Below, one piece after another: positions 1 to 8,392 of a stretch of 64,000 nucleotides of DNA. Every line of letters starts with the position of its first letter. The first letter of the stretch is position 1. The stretch covers positions 3,482 through 67,481 of the IMG/VR virus record IMGVR_UViG_3300032227_000893. One strand, written 5' to 3'. This DNA comes from a virus. Its lineage: Duplodnaviria; Caudoviricetes. A program made the position numbers and the translations under genes. The notes beneath the pieces are model-generated. The model was not told the origin of the DNA and did not search any database. It saw nothing but the letters and a program-made list of their open reading frames with translations.

Positions 1-77
1 TAATTGTCACTAATTGCGCGTAAAGCTAGTCGCGGCTGCGCGAACGGTCGAGCATGGACGATGGGGAGTGAGCGCAT
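1..77 (-). CDS. partial hypothetical protein running off the window (MRSLPIVHARPFAQ...)
   Basis: ATG overlaps the TAA of the HNH gene (TAATG at 79-75); frame open to the window edge. Confidence 0.35.
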   Translation of the reverse strand, partial: MRSLPIVHARPFAQPRLALRAISDN

Positions 78-601
78 TAAAACTCTAGGGATCTAACAAT
101 TGCTTCGCCTACTGCTTTTGTCACAAGCTTTAGTTCCTCGTGCGTGGCATTATTTTTAATTGCATTTGCTTTGTAACTAATAATCCATACATTGCCTCTA
201 ACGTAACCTTTTGCAGGATCAATGCGATCCAGCGAAGGGCTTCCTGCTAAGATAGTTACACCCTTTTCTCTGTAAACTGACCATTCCAGAGGAATTCCCA
301 GTATTGGACAAGACAAAACTACAAGAGAACGCACGTATTCGCAATCAATATTAAAATCCAATTGTTTGGACTTCGCTCTTTTTCTTGCACCACGAAACAT
401 ACTGTTTGTTTGACGTTTGATTGGAGACAATTTACTATTAAGAACGTTTCGCTTGTCAGCGCATTTTTTGCATCGACTGGCAAGCTTGCCTGGCCTATCA
501 CTTCTTTTATAAAACATTGTCAATGGCAACTCTTCTCGGCACGTGCTACAACGCTTGGTCGACACAGCATCTAACAGAGAAGCAGCAGTGATAGCAGGCA
601 T
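77..601 (-). CDS. HNH-family homing endonuclease with N-terminal CxxC...CxxC zinc finger
   Basis: KRCSTC...FYK...RCKKC and SPSLDRIDPAKGYVRGNVWIISYKANAIKN motifs. Confidence 0.8.
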   Translation of the reverse strand: MPAITAASLLDAVSTKRCSTCREELPLTMFYKRSDRPGKLASRCKKCADKRNVLNSKLSPIKRQTNSMFRGARKRAKSKQLDFNIDCEYVRSLVVLSCPILGIPLEWSVYREKGVTILAGSPSLDRIDPAKGYVRGNVWIISYKANAIKNNATHEELKLVTKAVGEAIVRSLEF

Positions 602-695
602 GAGCAGCGATAAGTTGCGCTAATCATATCAGGAATCCTGATAAATGGCAAAAATCGAGATTCTCAATAATCGCCTGTTTTTCCCATTGCCTCTT

Positions 696-967
696 AGGGC
701 TCATCGCGCAGGTAGCTCCCAAGAGCGTCGTAGCTTGAGCCCTTTCTTCCTTCTTTTTCTCTTTTCTCTTTCTAGCCGTGTGCGAGCACACCTCTAGCGG
801 CTTTGTGCTCTCGCAAAGTATTGAAAAGGAGATGAGGAGGGGAGGGAGCCTTGTAATCGTAGTCGCTAGGGCTCTTCTCGAAGGCTCCCTTGGCGGAGGT
901 GCTAAAGGAAGAAGGAGAAGAGCCGCTTGGGAAGGATCGCCTTGGGGGCTCCCGGTCGTAGCGGCTC
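696..967. other. array of four stem-loops separated by polypyrimidine/polypurine tracts (candidate ncRNA or cis element)
   Basis: Stems 696-703/736-743, 781-790/804-815, 843-852/881-890, 920-927/960-967; TCGTAG inside three of them. Confidence 0.4.
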
Positions 968-1020
968 ATGGAGCTGAGCGTTACGAACGTGTGCATCGCC
1001 TTTACCTATCGTAAATTGTA

Positions 1021-1054
1021 GTCTCATGAGACGTGAATGAGACTCATATGAGAC
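1021..1054. repeat. GTCTCATGAGAC palindrome plus iterated TGAGAC/CTCA half-sites
   Basis: gtctcatgagacgtgaatgagactcatatgagac read directly. Confidence 0.6.
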
Positions 1055-1137
1055 AGCAGTCATAGCCTTGACCAGTGAAACAATTGTTAGCAAGCTTGCA
1101 TAATTTCTTAACAATTCCCTTAGCTGGTAACCATGGT

Positions 1138-1581
1138 ATGATTCCTGCGCCTCACGACAGAGCCATGGATCAAAGCTTCAGTCAATTCAGCAAAGCCGTC
1201 AACAAGCACGTGCTTGGCAACCAAGACGAATTTGTGCGCCTCAAGGACAGGCTGGAAATGTGCGAGCATGCCACGAGCAAGGCGGGAGCAGCAGCTCTTG
1301 GCTACCTCATGGCAATGGAGGAAATGGAAGAGCTAAAAAGCGAGGCCGAAATTTCCGTCTACGACAAAGTACTGGATGTAGTCGACGGCTTGATTGCTTG
1401 CAATGGCCAGTATTTTGCAGAAAGCGCTTGCGACGAAATCTTTACAATCATCTACGAATGGTTGCTCGAAGAGTTGGAATCATTAACAGACCTCCGTAAA
1501 TTGCCAACGGAGAGGATGAGTCGCAATATCATGCAACAAGACATTGCCACTCTCTTTAAAGAATACATTGTGCAAGAGTAG
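1138..1581 (+). CDS. hypothetical protein
   Basis: Long acidic helical ORF (track 1075-1581); ATG 1138 preferred as start. Confidence 0.65.
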   Translation: MIPAPHDRAMDQSFSQFSKAVNKHVLGNQDEFVRLKDRLEMCEHATSKAGAAALGYLMAMEEMEELKSEAEISVYDKVLDVVDGLIACNGQYFAESACDEIFTIIYEWLLEELESLTDLRKLPTERMSRNIMQQDIATLFKEYIVQE

Positions 1582-1667
1582 TTATTGTTACAATTCTTTT
1601 CCCATTGCCTCTAGCGTGACCAACGTTAGGGGCTTTTCCATGGATGCTGTTTTATCGGCCAGGGAAA

Positions 1668-1676
1668 TGCTAGGGT
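1668..1676 (+). promoter_or_regulatory. extended -10 promoter (TGCTAGGGT) upstream of RNR
   Basis: TGnTAnnnT motif about 45 nt before the ATG; same motif recurs before other operons. Confidence 0.5.
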
Positions 1677-1721
1677 TGGACCGTTGATCGTTCGGGGGCC
1701 AAGGGCCCCTTTTGTTGTCTC

Positions 1722-3149
1722 ATGAATCTCAAGGAAGACCAAAAGCAAGACAAGATTGCTCGCACTGGACGTGTGGAAAGCTGGATCAATTCCGCCGATG
1801 GACGGCTCCCCGTTTCATGCACTGTATTCTCGGTAAAAGATGCAATGGAGGGTGACGATGGCATTGAAGCTAGTTGGCGCTTTGTTAGCCATGGGTTGCG
1901 TTATGGGGCTGGTGTGGCGGTGCATTTGTCTGAACTGCGTGGCAAAGGCGCTGAAAATGATAAAGGGCTAGTTGCAAGTGGTCCTATTAGTTTTGGCAAG
2001 ATTTATTCCGCGCTGAATGAAATTTTGCGTAGAGGCGGATTGTATAAAAATGGGGCTGTAGTGTTGCATCTTGACTACCAGCATCCTGATGCCATGGAAT
2101 TCATCACTGCGTCACGAAGGGAGCTTCCATGGGTGAAACGTTGCTTGAATGTTGATGAGAATTTCTTGGATGACATTGAACCCTCCTATTTGGAAGCAGT
2201 ATTGCAGGCTATTTCTGCAGGCGATTTGTGGCTCAACAAAATTCGCTACGACGCTAAAGGCGAGCGCATCCGCGCCAATGTCTGTTTGGAAGTTTACCTT
2301 CCTCATAGGGGCACTTGTTTGCTACAGCATGTCAACTTGGGCGCTTGCTCCATTGAGGAAGTGGAAGGGGCATTCTTCCAGGGCATGAGCGAACTTTGCT
2401 CTCTCCATGGCAAAACGGGCGTGGGTGACACTGGCGAATACCTTTCGCCTGAGAATGACAAGCAAGTTGGACTTGGGCTGCTTGGCTTGGCTAATTTCCT
2501 TTCCATCCATGGCATTTCCTATGCTGATTTTGGACAGTCCCTAAAGGCATTGAACAATGGTGAGCCGCAGGAGCGTACAGTTGCCTATGAAGCGGCCCTG
2601 GCACTTCAAAAAGGCATTGCATCAGCAACGCAGGTGGCACGAACTTATTCCATGGACCGTGCCTTCGCCATTGCTCCCACTGCCTCTTGCTCATATCGCT
2701 ACACAGATAGCAAAGGTTTCACCACAACCCCTGAAATTGCCCCTCCCATCGCTCGGGAAGTGGATCGGGATAGTGGCACTTTTGGCGTGGAGAGCTTTGA
2801 CTATGGGCCGGTAGAGACTGCTTCCGAAGTGGGCTGGGAAGCTTACAAGCTTATGGCCGACGAACTGGTGCGTATGTATCAAGCCAGCGGATTATTCCAT
2901 GGTTATTCATTCAATTCGTGGTCAGATGTTGTTACTTATGATCGTGAGTTCCTACAAGATTGGCTAGACTGTCCTCAGACAAGCCTCTATTATTCCCTGC
3001 AAGTTCTCCCGGACACGCAGCGGAAAGATGATGCCTACGCGGCATTAGATGATGACTTCAAGAGCATGTTCGGGCTTGGCAATGCTGAGTCCTTGGACGG
3101 TGCTGTCTGTGAAGTGGAGGCTAATTTCTGTACGAGTTGTTCTGAATGA
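1722..3149 (+). CDS. nrdA: ribonucleotide reductase alpha subunit, minimal class I-like (class O / Cyano-SP type)
   Basis: PVSCTVF, NVCLEV catalytic motif, APTASCSY, SLYYSL Tyr dyad, C-terminal CxxC; no ATP cone; 475 aa. Confidence 0.92.
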   Translation: MNLKEDQKQDKIARTGRVESWINSADGRLPVSCTVFSVKDAMEGDDGIEASWRFVSHGLRYGAGVAVHLSELRGKGAENDKGLVASGPISFGKIYSALNEILRRGGLYKNGAVVLHLDYQHPDAMEFITASRRELPWVKRCLNVDENFLDDIEPSYLEAVLQAISAGDLWLNKIRYDAKGERIRANVCLEVYLPHRGTCLLQHVNLGACSIEEVEGAFFQGMSELCSLHGKTGVGDTGEYLSPENDKQVGLGLLGLANFLSIHGISYADFGQSLKALNNGEPQERTVAYEAALALQKGIASATQVARTYSMDRAFAIAPTASCSYRYTDSKGFTTTPEIAPPIAREVDRDSGTFGVESFDYGPVETASEVGWEAYKLMADELVRMYQASGLFHGYSFNSWSDVVTYDREFLQDWLDCPQTSLYYSLQVLPDTQRKDDAYAALDDDFKSMFGLGNAESLDGAVCEVEANFCTSCSE

Positions 3150-3242
3150 CCGTTCATTCCACATCGTTGGTTGATCAGGCCGCAATTGCGGCCTTTTGCT
3201 TCTTCTTTTTGTTTATTTCCATCACCTTTATCCCTGAAGACA

Positions 3243-3986
3243 ATGACAGTAGCGACGATTAAAAACTCTCCGTACATTTCGATGATTTCCAAGAAGCGGC
3301 CTTGGCAAGCCACTGAAGTTGGAAAGGGAGTTTTGGTGGATGGAAGTGAAGATACAATCTTCCGTGCGCTAGCCATGCGCCACCTGGAGCTGCCTGTGGT
3401 CGAACTGTTGGAACAGGGCCTGGCCAAGGACCTGCCAGCCACTCCTGGCGTGATGGAAGCGCTCCGCTCCAATCAAGTGGATGAGGCACGGCATGATGAG
3501 GCTTTGAACTATGTGGCCAAAGCGCATGGCGTCAATGACAAGGCTGAAAAGGAAGTGCAAAGCATCTTGAAGGCATGGATGGACCATCCTGCCCACCCCA
3601 TACTCAAGGCAGCAGTGCTAGAGCGTAGTATTTTCTTCGTAGTGCTACCCTTTTTCCGTTTCAATGGGGATGTGGGCATGCGCACGGTTTCTCAGGACAT
3701 CTCCAAGGATGAACAAGTTCACGTAGGGGTGAATTCGTTGGTTTCCAAGGAGCTTGGAGAGGACTCAAGCCAGAGTATTAACAAGCTGCGTCGTGCTACG
3801 GCCTTATGGTTGTTCGATGCTCTTGGCGCCAGTGATAACAAGTGGTTGGACAAAGATTTTTGGCTTCGCCAGTCTGACAACTTGTTCGAGCGCGGCAAAG
3901 CTGAAGAGCTTGTCGAAAGCCGCCGGAGTCGTCAAATTGCATTCTTTGAAACGGCCAACTACAACCTTCCCTCTTACGGAAGCTAG
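3243..3986 (+). CDS. nrdB: ferritin-like RNR beta subunit
   Basis: Directly after alpha; LELPV, DEARH, LERSIFF, DEQVH carboxylate/His ligands; C-terminal Tyr (LPSY). Confidence 0.85.
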   Translation: MTVATIKNSPYISMISKKRPWQATEVGKGVLVDGSEDTIFRALAMRHLELPVVELLEQGLAKDLPATPGVMEALRSNQVDEARHDEALNYVAKAHGVNDKAEKEVQSILKAWMDHPAHPILKAAVLERSIFFVVLPFFRFNGDVGMRTVSQDISKDEQVHVGVNSLVSKELGEDSSQSINKLRRATALWLFDALGASDNKWLDKDFWLRQSDNLFERGKAEELVESRRSRQIAFFETANYNLPSYGS

Positions 3987-4040
3987 TATTTACGCCGTTC
4001 TGATAACGGGGCGTTAGAATTTATTTTTCTTTGAGCCCCG

Positions 4041-4565
4041 ATGTCTGCAGATAGCAAAGTTTGCATTAAGTGTGGACAGCTTAGGCCGTCAAGATTTTTC
4101 TATAAGGAAAAACGAGTGAGCGATGGATTGACTGCTCGCTGTAAGGACTGCATGAGGAGCGATGCGACAACTAGTTACCAGTCCAGGAAGGAAGAAGTTT
4201 TAGCATCGCATAAGGAAAAATATTCAGCAAAGAAAGAACGCGCAAAATCTCTGATGAATACCTATGGACTGACAATAGAAGAATGGAATGAAATATTTGC
4301 AAAGCAGAATCATAGGTGCGAGATTTGCGGATCAAAAGAGCCGTTGCACAGCAGTGGAAACTTTGTGGTCGATCATTGTCATAGCTTAAATTTTGTCAGA
4401 GGCATACTCTGCGGTCCTTGTAACACCATGCTTGGTCAGGCCAAGGACGACCCAGATACATTGTTTGAGGCAGCCATGTACCTTATCTCCCGAACCCATG
4501 GAGAACCCATAGAGGAACGCCACAGGCGACACGGACACAATAGCCGCAGCAAGGATACCAATTAA
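4041..4565 (+). CDS. endonuclease VII-like homing endonuclease with N-terminal zinc finger
   Basis: CEICG...VVDHCH...VRGILCGPCNTMLG motif; KVCIKC...RCKDC finger. Confidence 0.85.
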   Translation: MSADSKVCIKCGQLRPSRFFYKEKRVSDGLTARCKDCMRSDATTSYQSRKEEVLASHKEKYSAKKERAKSLMNTYGLTIEEWNEIFAKQNHRCEICGSKEPLHSSGNFVVDHCHSLNFVRGILCGPCNTMLGQAKDDPDTLFEAAMYLISRTHGEPIEERHRRHGHNSRSKDTN

Positions 4566-4571
4566 GTCTGA

Positions 4572-4580
4572 TGCTACACT
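4572..4580 (+). promoter_or_regulatory. extended -10 promoter (TGCTACACT) for the tRNA
   Basis: Ends 7 nt before the predicted tRNA 5' end. Confidence 0.55.
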
Positions 4581-4587
4581 GGTCACC

Positions 4588-4656
4588 GTGACTGGAGTGT
4601 TGGCACACGCTAGGCTCATAGCCTAGAATTCCGGGTTCGATTCCCGGCAGTCCCCA
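4588..4656 (+). tRNA. non-canonical tRNA, anticodon CAT (Met or Ile2), with a 4-nt D-loop
   Basis: Acceptor GTGACTG/CAGTCCC (one mismatch), D-arm GTGT-TGGC-ACAC, anticodon arm CTAGG-CTCATAG-CCTAG, T-arm CCGGG-TTCGATT-CCCGG. Confidence 0.75.
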
Positions 4657-4673
4657 TTATTTCTTTCTTTTGA

Positions 4674-4928
4674 ATGGCAAAGTCGGACAAATATTTTGCT
4701 CGTCGCAGTGTATGGGTGTGGTTTAAGCATGGTTTGAATGTCCCAAGCCAGTGGGAACCAGGATTTACCGCCATCGCAGAACCCGTTCCCGGCTTCTACC
4801 GCCTGGAACATCGTGAGTACCGCACTGAAATCCTGCCTTCATGGCGCATCTCCTTTTCCAAGCCCGAGGATATTGACAAGGGCCCTCCCATTGAACTCAA
4901 TGTTGAATGGCGCTACGCTCCGGGCTAG
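4674..4928 (+). CDS. hypothetical protein
   Basis: 84-aa ORF after a pyrimidine-rich leader, in operon context. Confidence 0.65.
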   Translation: MAKSDKYFARRSVWVWFKHGLNVPSQWEPGFTAIAEPVPGFYRLEHREYRTEILPSWRISFSKPEDIDKGPPIELNVEWRYAPG

Positions 4929-4940
4929 CCCTTTTCCACC

Positions 4941-5453
4941 ATGGCCAACCTTTTTCTCACTGCTGACACGCATTTCTCGCATGCTGGGATGTGTCAATTC
5001 CTCAATGCAGATGGCAGCAAGGTGCGCCCATGGGACGACGTAGAGGAGATGGACGAAGCCTTGGTAGAACGATGGAATGAGACTGTGAGGCCCAAGGATA
5101 AGGTGTACCATTTGGGCGACGTTGCCATTCAGCGCAAGGGACTTCGCCTCCTCGACCGTCTTAACGGAGATTTAGTGTTGATCAAGGGCAACCATGATAT
5201 TTTTAAGCTTTCCGACTACACCAAGTATTTCCGTGACATCCGCGCCTACCACATCCTTGACAGAATTTGTTTGTCTCACATTCCTCAGCATCCTGATTCC
5301 ATTGATCGCTTTAGGGGTAACGTCCATGGCCATTTACACACGGGACAAGTGATGCTTGATGGGCAAATTGACACACGGTATAAGTGTGTTTGCGTCGAGC
5401 AGACCAATTATGCACCAGTAGCATGGGAAACGGTGAAAGCCCTTTTCAACTGA
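4941..5453 (+). CDS. calcineurin-like metallophosphoesterase
   Basis: ADTHF, HLGD, GNHD, SH and HGHLH motifs. Confidence 0.9.
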   Translation: MANLFLTADTHFSHAGMCQFLNADGSKVRPWDDVEEMDEALVERWNETVRPKDKVYHLGDVAIQRKGLRLLDRLNGDLVLIKGNHDIFKLSDYTKYFRDIRAYHILDRICLSHIPQHPDSIDRFRGNVHGHLHTGQVMLDGQIDTRYKCVCVEQTNYAPVAWETVKALFN

Positions 5454-5471
5454 TTCCATTGTTCACCAACC

Positions 5472-5717
5472 ATGAACGAACGCCGAACGTGGAACACTCC
5501 CACTCGTGAGCCGTGGAATCCCATCATTCACCAGCTTTTGCGTGCTGTTGATTGTCATAACGAAGCATTCTTCAGGAATGGCAAAGAATGGCATTTGGAC
5601 AGGGCTATCATGCTTAGACAATATGTACGAGAGCTAAAGGACTGGCTTCATGAAGAAGAGACAAGCATTCTGGAAGGTGTGGTGTCATGCTCTCGGCCCC
5701 AAGGCAGGATCGAATGA
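5472..5717 (+). CDS. hypothetical protein
   Basis: Operon context, plausible composition. Confidence 0.6.
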   Translation: MNERRTWNTPTREPWNPIIHQLLRAVDCHNEAFFRNGKEWHLDRAIMLRQYVRELKDWLHEEETSILEGVVSCSRPQGRIE

Positions 5718-5865
5718 AAAAGAAGCCGATATTATTGCTCTTGTGCGAACTGTAGTATTTTTGTCATACCTAACCACCAATATTTTTATTGTCGCTGGCG
5801 TGGTGCGACACTGGGACGATAATGCTTCTAGGCAGGAGGGTTTGAGCAAGGTTAGAGCGCATTAG
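5650..5865 (+). CDS. small membrane protein
   Basis: W..WC.ALG.KAG....EAD followed by a hydrophobic segment; resembles small cyanophage proteins. Confidence 0.6.
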   Translation: MKKRQAFWKVWCHALGPKAGSNEKEADIIALVRTVVFLSYLTTNIFIVAGVVRHWDDNASRQEGLSKVRAH

Positions 5866-5995
5866 CTCGCGAACTGGTGCGGCCAGTCCCTTGCATCGTT
5901 GACCATCGCCTAAAGGGGCCTGAACCCTAGAGGGATGGCTGTAAGCCAGTGGCCACTGGGCTTCTGCAGAAGCTCCAAAAGCTTAGCACGTCTGT

Positions 5996-6235
5996 TCACA
6001 AATCAAAACATTTGCACTCTTGACAGGCAGGTTCCTGCTGGCAGCGCTTGTCCCACCATTGCTCACGTTGATCGTTTTCGTTCATTGCGTAGTATTTGTC
6101 CATGAGCCGCCTGTATTCCCCATTGGCTTGGCTCATTTGCTCGCTTTGTAGGCCATGGACCTGGCCCACTTGCTGCATTTTGTATGCGGCTTCGATGGCT
6201 TGGTTAAAGGCAGTTTCAGTGGCTGGCGAAAGCAT
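5996..6235 (-). CDS. hypothetical protein
   Basis: 79-aa ORF with C-terminal CxxCxC. Confidence 0.6.
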   Translation of the reverse strand: MLSPATETAFNQAIEAAYKMQQVGQVHGLQSEQMSQANGEYRRLMDKYYAMNENDQREQWWDKRCQQEPACQECKCFDL

Positions 6236-6262
6236 GGCAGTTAATTCGCAAGTTTCAACAGT

Positions 6263-6439
6263 CTACTCATTTGCGTCCTTTTGGATTTTCATGGCCTGTG
6301 TGAGTTTCCTCAAACGGGGGAGAAGCGATGGTTGGTAGAAATGGTCTGCAGCCAGTAGCTGCAAGGCTATTTGCTTGTTGCCCTCAAGCAGTGCCACAAG
6401 AAAAACTGCCTCTTTTTGCGAGAGTTGAAAGTTGTTCAC
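6263..6439 (-). CDS. hypothetical protein (58 aa, MNNFQLSQKEAVFLVALL...)
   Basis: Manually translated GTG-start ORF filling the gap between terL and 5996-6235; below the track cutoff. Confidence 0.5.
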   Translation of the reverse strand: MNNFQLSQKEAVFLVALLEGNKQIALQLLAADHFYQPSLLPRLRKLTQAMKIQKDANE

Positions 6440-6494
6440 TAGTAATCAATGCCTATTTTTCCCAACAATACTACATGCTATTTGCTATTTGCGA

Positions 6495-7874
6495 TCAACG
6501 AATGAGGCTATCTATCCAATTGAGGTCGTCATCCCTAGATGCTTGCAAGATTGCTGCCGCCATAGCGAATGCATAGTCATCCACCCCCACCTCTTTGCCG
6601 CCACTAATTGACCACTGCCCGGAGGCCTTGTATATCACGCTTAAATTCTTGAGCTGCTTAATTGCCTTCTCATGATTATAAATATCCACAAGTCCAGCGT
6701 TAAATAATTCCTTCATCTTGCTGAATGCCTTCATCTTGCTGCTAACGGACCAAGTGAGTTCTTCAATAGGGAAATCAGCAGCAAGAGATTGAATGGTGGC
6801 AGAACTGTTGTACTGGTCAAGAACAATGCTGTCAAAATTGTAAAGCTTATGGTGTTCTCGTATCCAGTCCTCCACTGCTTGAATACTCACTTCCTTTTTC
6901 CCATTGATCTCAAAATCTGCAAGGAACGTGTGGAACTTATCCACCACCAGGGTTTCCCCATCGAAATGCACAATGCACGCTGTGTAGTCATCTCGTCCCA
7001 CGCCCCCGCGTGCGGGGTCAAGTGCCAGCACGTACTTGCCGTGGAAATGCACCGAAGGTGGCAACAAGCTCCGATGTTTGTTGATTGCTGCTTCTACCAC
7101 TTCAGAGGCCAGCAGCGCTGACATGTTGCGAGCAAACTGCGCCCCATATTCAATCATGAACTTATCTGGATCGCGCTTGCGCTCTGCCTGCATGAAGGCA
7201 CAGTCATAAGGCAGTTCAGGATTCATCTCCCAGGTGGGAGTGTTTACGGGCTGCATAAAGGGAAATTCCCCACTGGTGGCTTCGCAAAAATGCTGATAGA
7301 ACAGACCGTCAGTGAGCCATGGCGAGGAGAGTTCCAAAATGCGACCATGATTGCCGAACTGAGCAATGGATGGAGAAAGAGCGTCGTAGATGGCCTTCGC
7401 ACCAGCGTTTGCATCACCCTCCTGACTGAAGGCAAGCTCGTCCATGATGATTGCAGCTACGGCGCGACCACGAGACGCACGAGCACTGCTAGAGATGGCC
7501 CTAAATACGCAGCCATTGCTTATTTCAAGCGTGTCCGTTGTCTCTCTTACAATCTCTTGGGCGAAGGGGCTTTCAACAATCAAACCACGAATGGTGTTGA
7601 GCGCAATCTTGGCCTGGTCAATGCCGTTAGCAATAGTGCAAATATACCAACTCTCTCCTTTGCGAATCTTGCGTTTGTATTTCTCCTCTAGGACGAAGCA
7701 AATGTAGGTGCAGGCAACTGCTGCCATGAGCGTTTTGCCAGAACGTCGACCAAGTGCCCACACAGCATGAGTCTTGCCGCCATGGAAAAATTCATCAAGA
7801 ATATCAGCTTGTTTGTCCCATAGAGGAAGCTTTAACGCATGCCGCGCAAAGTCCGAACATTTAATTGCTGCCAT
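6495..7874 (-). CDS. terL: terminase large subunit
   Basis: Walker A GRRSGKT, Walker B IIMDE, nuclease LALDPA...DDY and D-Q-Y; 459 aa. Confidence 0.93.
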   Translation of the reverse strand: MAAIKCSDFARHALKLPLWDKQADILDEFFHGGKTHAVWALGRRSGKTLMAAVACTYICFVLEEKYKRKIRKGESWYICTIANGIDQAKIALNTIRGLIVESPFAQEIVRETTDTLEISNGCVFRAISSSARASRGRAVAAIIMDELAFSQEGDANAGAKAIYDALSPSIAQFGNHGRILELSSPWLTDGLFYQHFCEATSGEFPFMQPVNTPTWEMNPELPYDCAFMQAERKRDPDKFMIEYGAQFARNMSALLASEVVEAAINKHRSLLPPSVHFHGKYVLALDPARGGVGRDDYTACIVHFDGETLVVDKFHTFLADFEINGKKEVSIQAVEDWIREHHKLYNFDSIVLDQYNSSATIQSLAADFPIEELTWSVSSKMKAFSKMKELFNAGLVDIYNHEKAIKQLKNLSVIYKASGQWSISGGKEVGVDDYAFAMAAAILQASRDDDLNWIDSLIR

Positions 7875-8361
7875 TGAGTGTGCTCATAGGGCGTAGGGCT
7901 GTTTTAGGAACAAAAAAGGCTGGCCTTCCGCCAGCAGGATCGGACCAATATTCTTGCTTCATTGCATCCTTGCCGCCAATCCAGCCATGAATAACGGTTT
8001 TCTTGTCTTGAATGGTGACAAGAACAAACTTCTTATTGGGACTTTCGTTCTTTTGCACGATCAAATCATAGCCATGGCGACTACGAGTTTTTACGTCAAT
8101 GCCTGGCAGATCACAAGAGCCACGCTTGGCTTCGGTTTCTTGATAGAGGCAATGCTTAAGGCCGAGATAGCTTGCGACTGCCATTTCTCCTGCGGCGCCC
8201 AACAGGTGAATGGTGAGGGCCGTCGCTCCCGTCGCGGCTCCCCCATTGCGTCCCTTGAGCCCCCGTATTTCGTTAACGGCTTGCCTGCGAAAGGCTTCCT
8301 TGCAAGCGGCTTCGCGTTCTTCCTCGGTGAAGACGAATTCAATGGGGAGAGCGGGGGCCAT
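7861..8361 (-). CDS. PD-(D/E)XK-like nuclease-fold protein
   Basis: GAAGEMAVA...CDLPGIDVKT pattern; overlaps the terL start. Confidence 0.55.
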   Translation of the reverse strand: MAPALPIEFVFTEEEREAACKEAFRRQAVNEIRGLKGRNGGAATGATALTIHLLGAAGEMAVASYLGLKHCLYQETEAKRGSCDLPGIDVKTRSRHGYDLIVQKNESPNKKFVLVTIQDKKTVIHGWIGGKDAMKQEYWSDPAGGRPAFFVPKTALRPMSTLNGSN

Positions 8362-8392
8362 AATGTAGAGGCGTCAGGGCCACTATACCCAC

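Noticed and set aside
772-1014. ORFs 772-996 (-) and 778-1014 (+)
   Set aside because: Composition follows the purine/pyrimidine tracts and hairpins; treated as probably non-coding, though not excluded
5897-5925. CGTTGACC...GGGCCTGAA resembles the glnA glutamine riboswitch
   Set aside because: Lacks the closing GCAACG and the E-loop segment, and lies between convergent genes
1722-7874. Introns or inteins in nrdA, nrdB or terL
   Set aside because: All three are continuous, of compact length and lack intein motifs; the nucleases are free-standing
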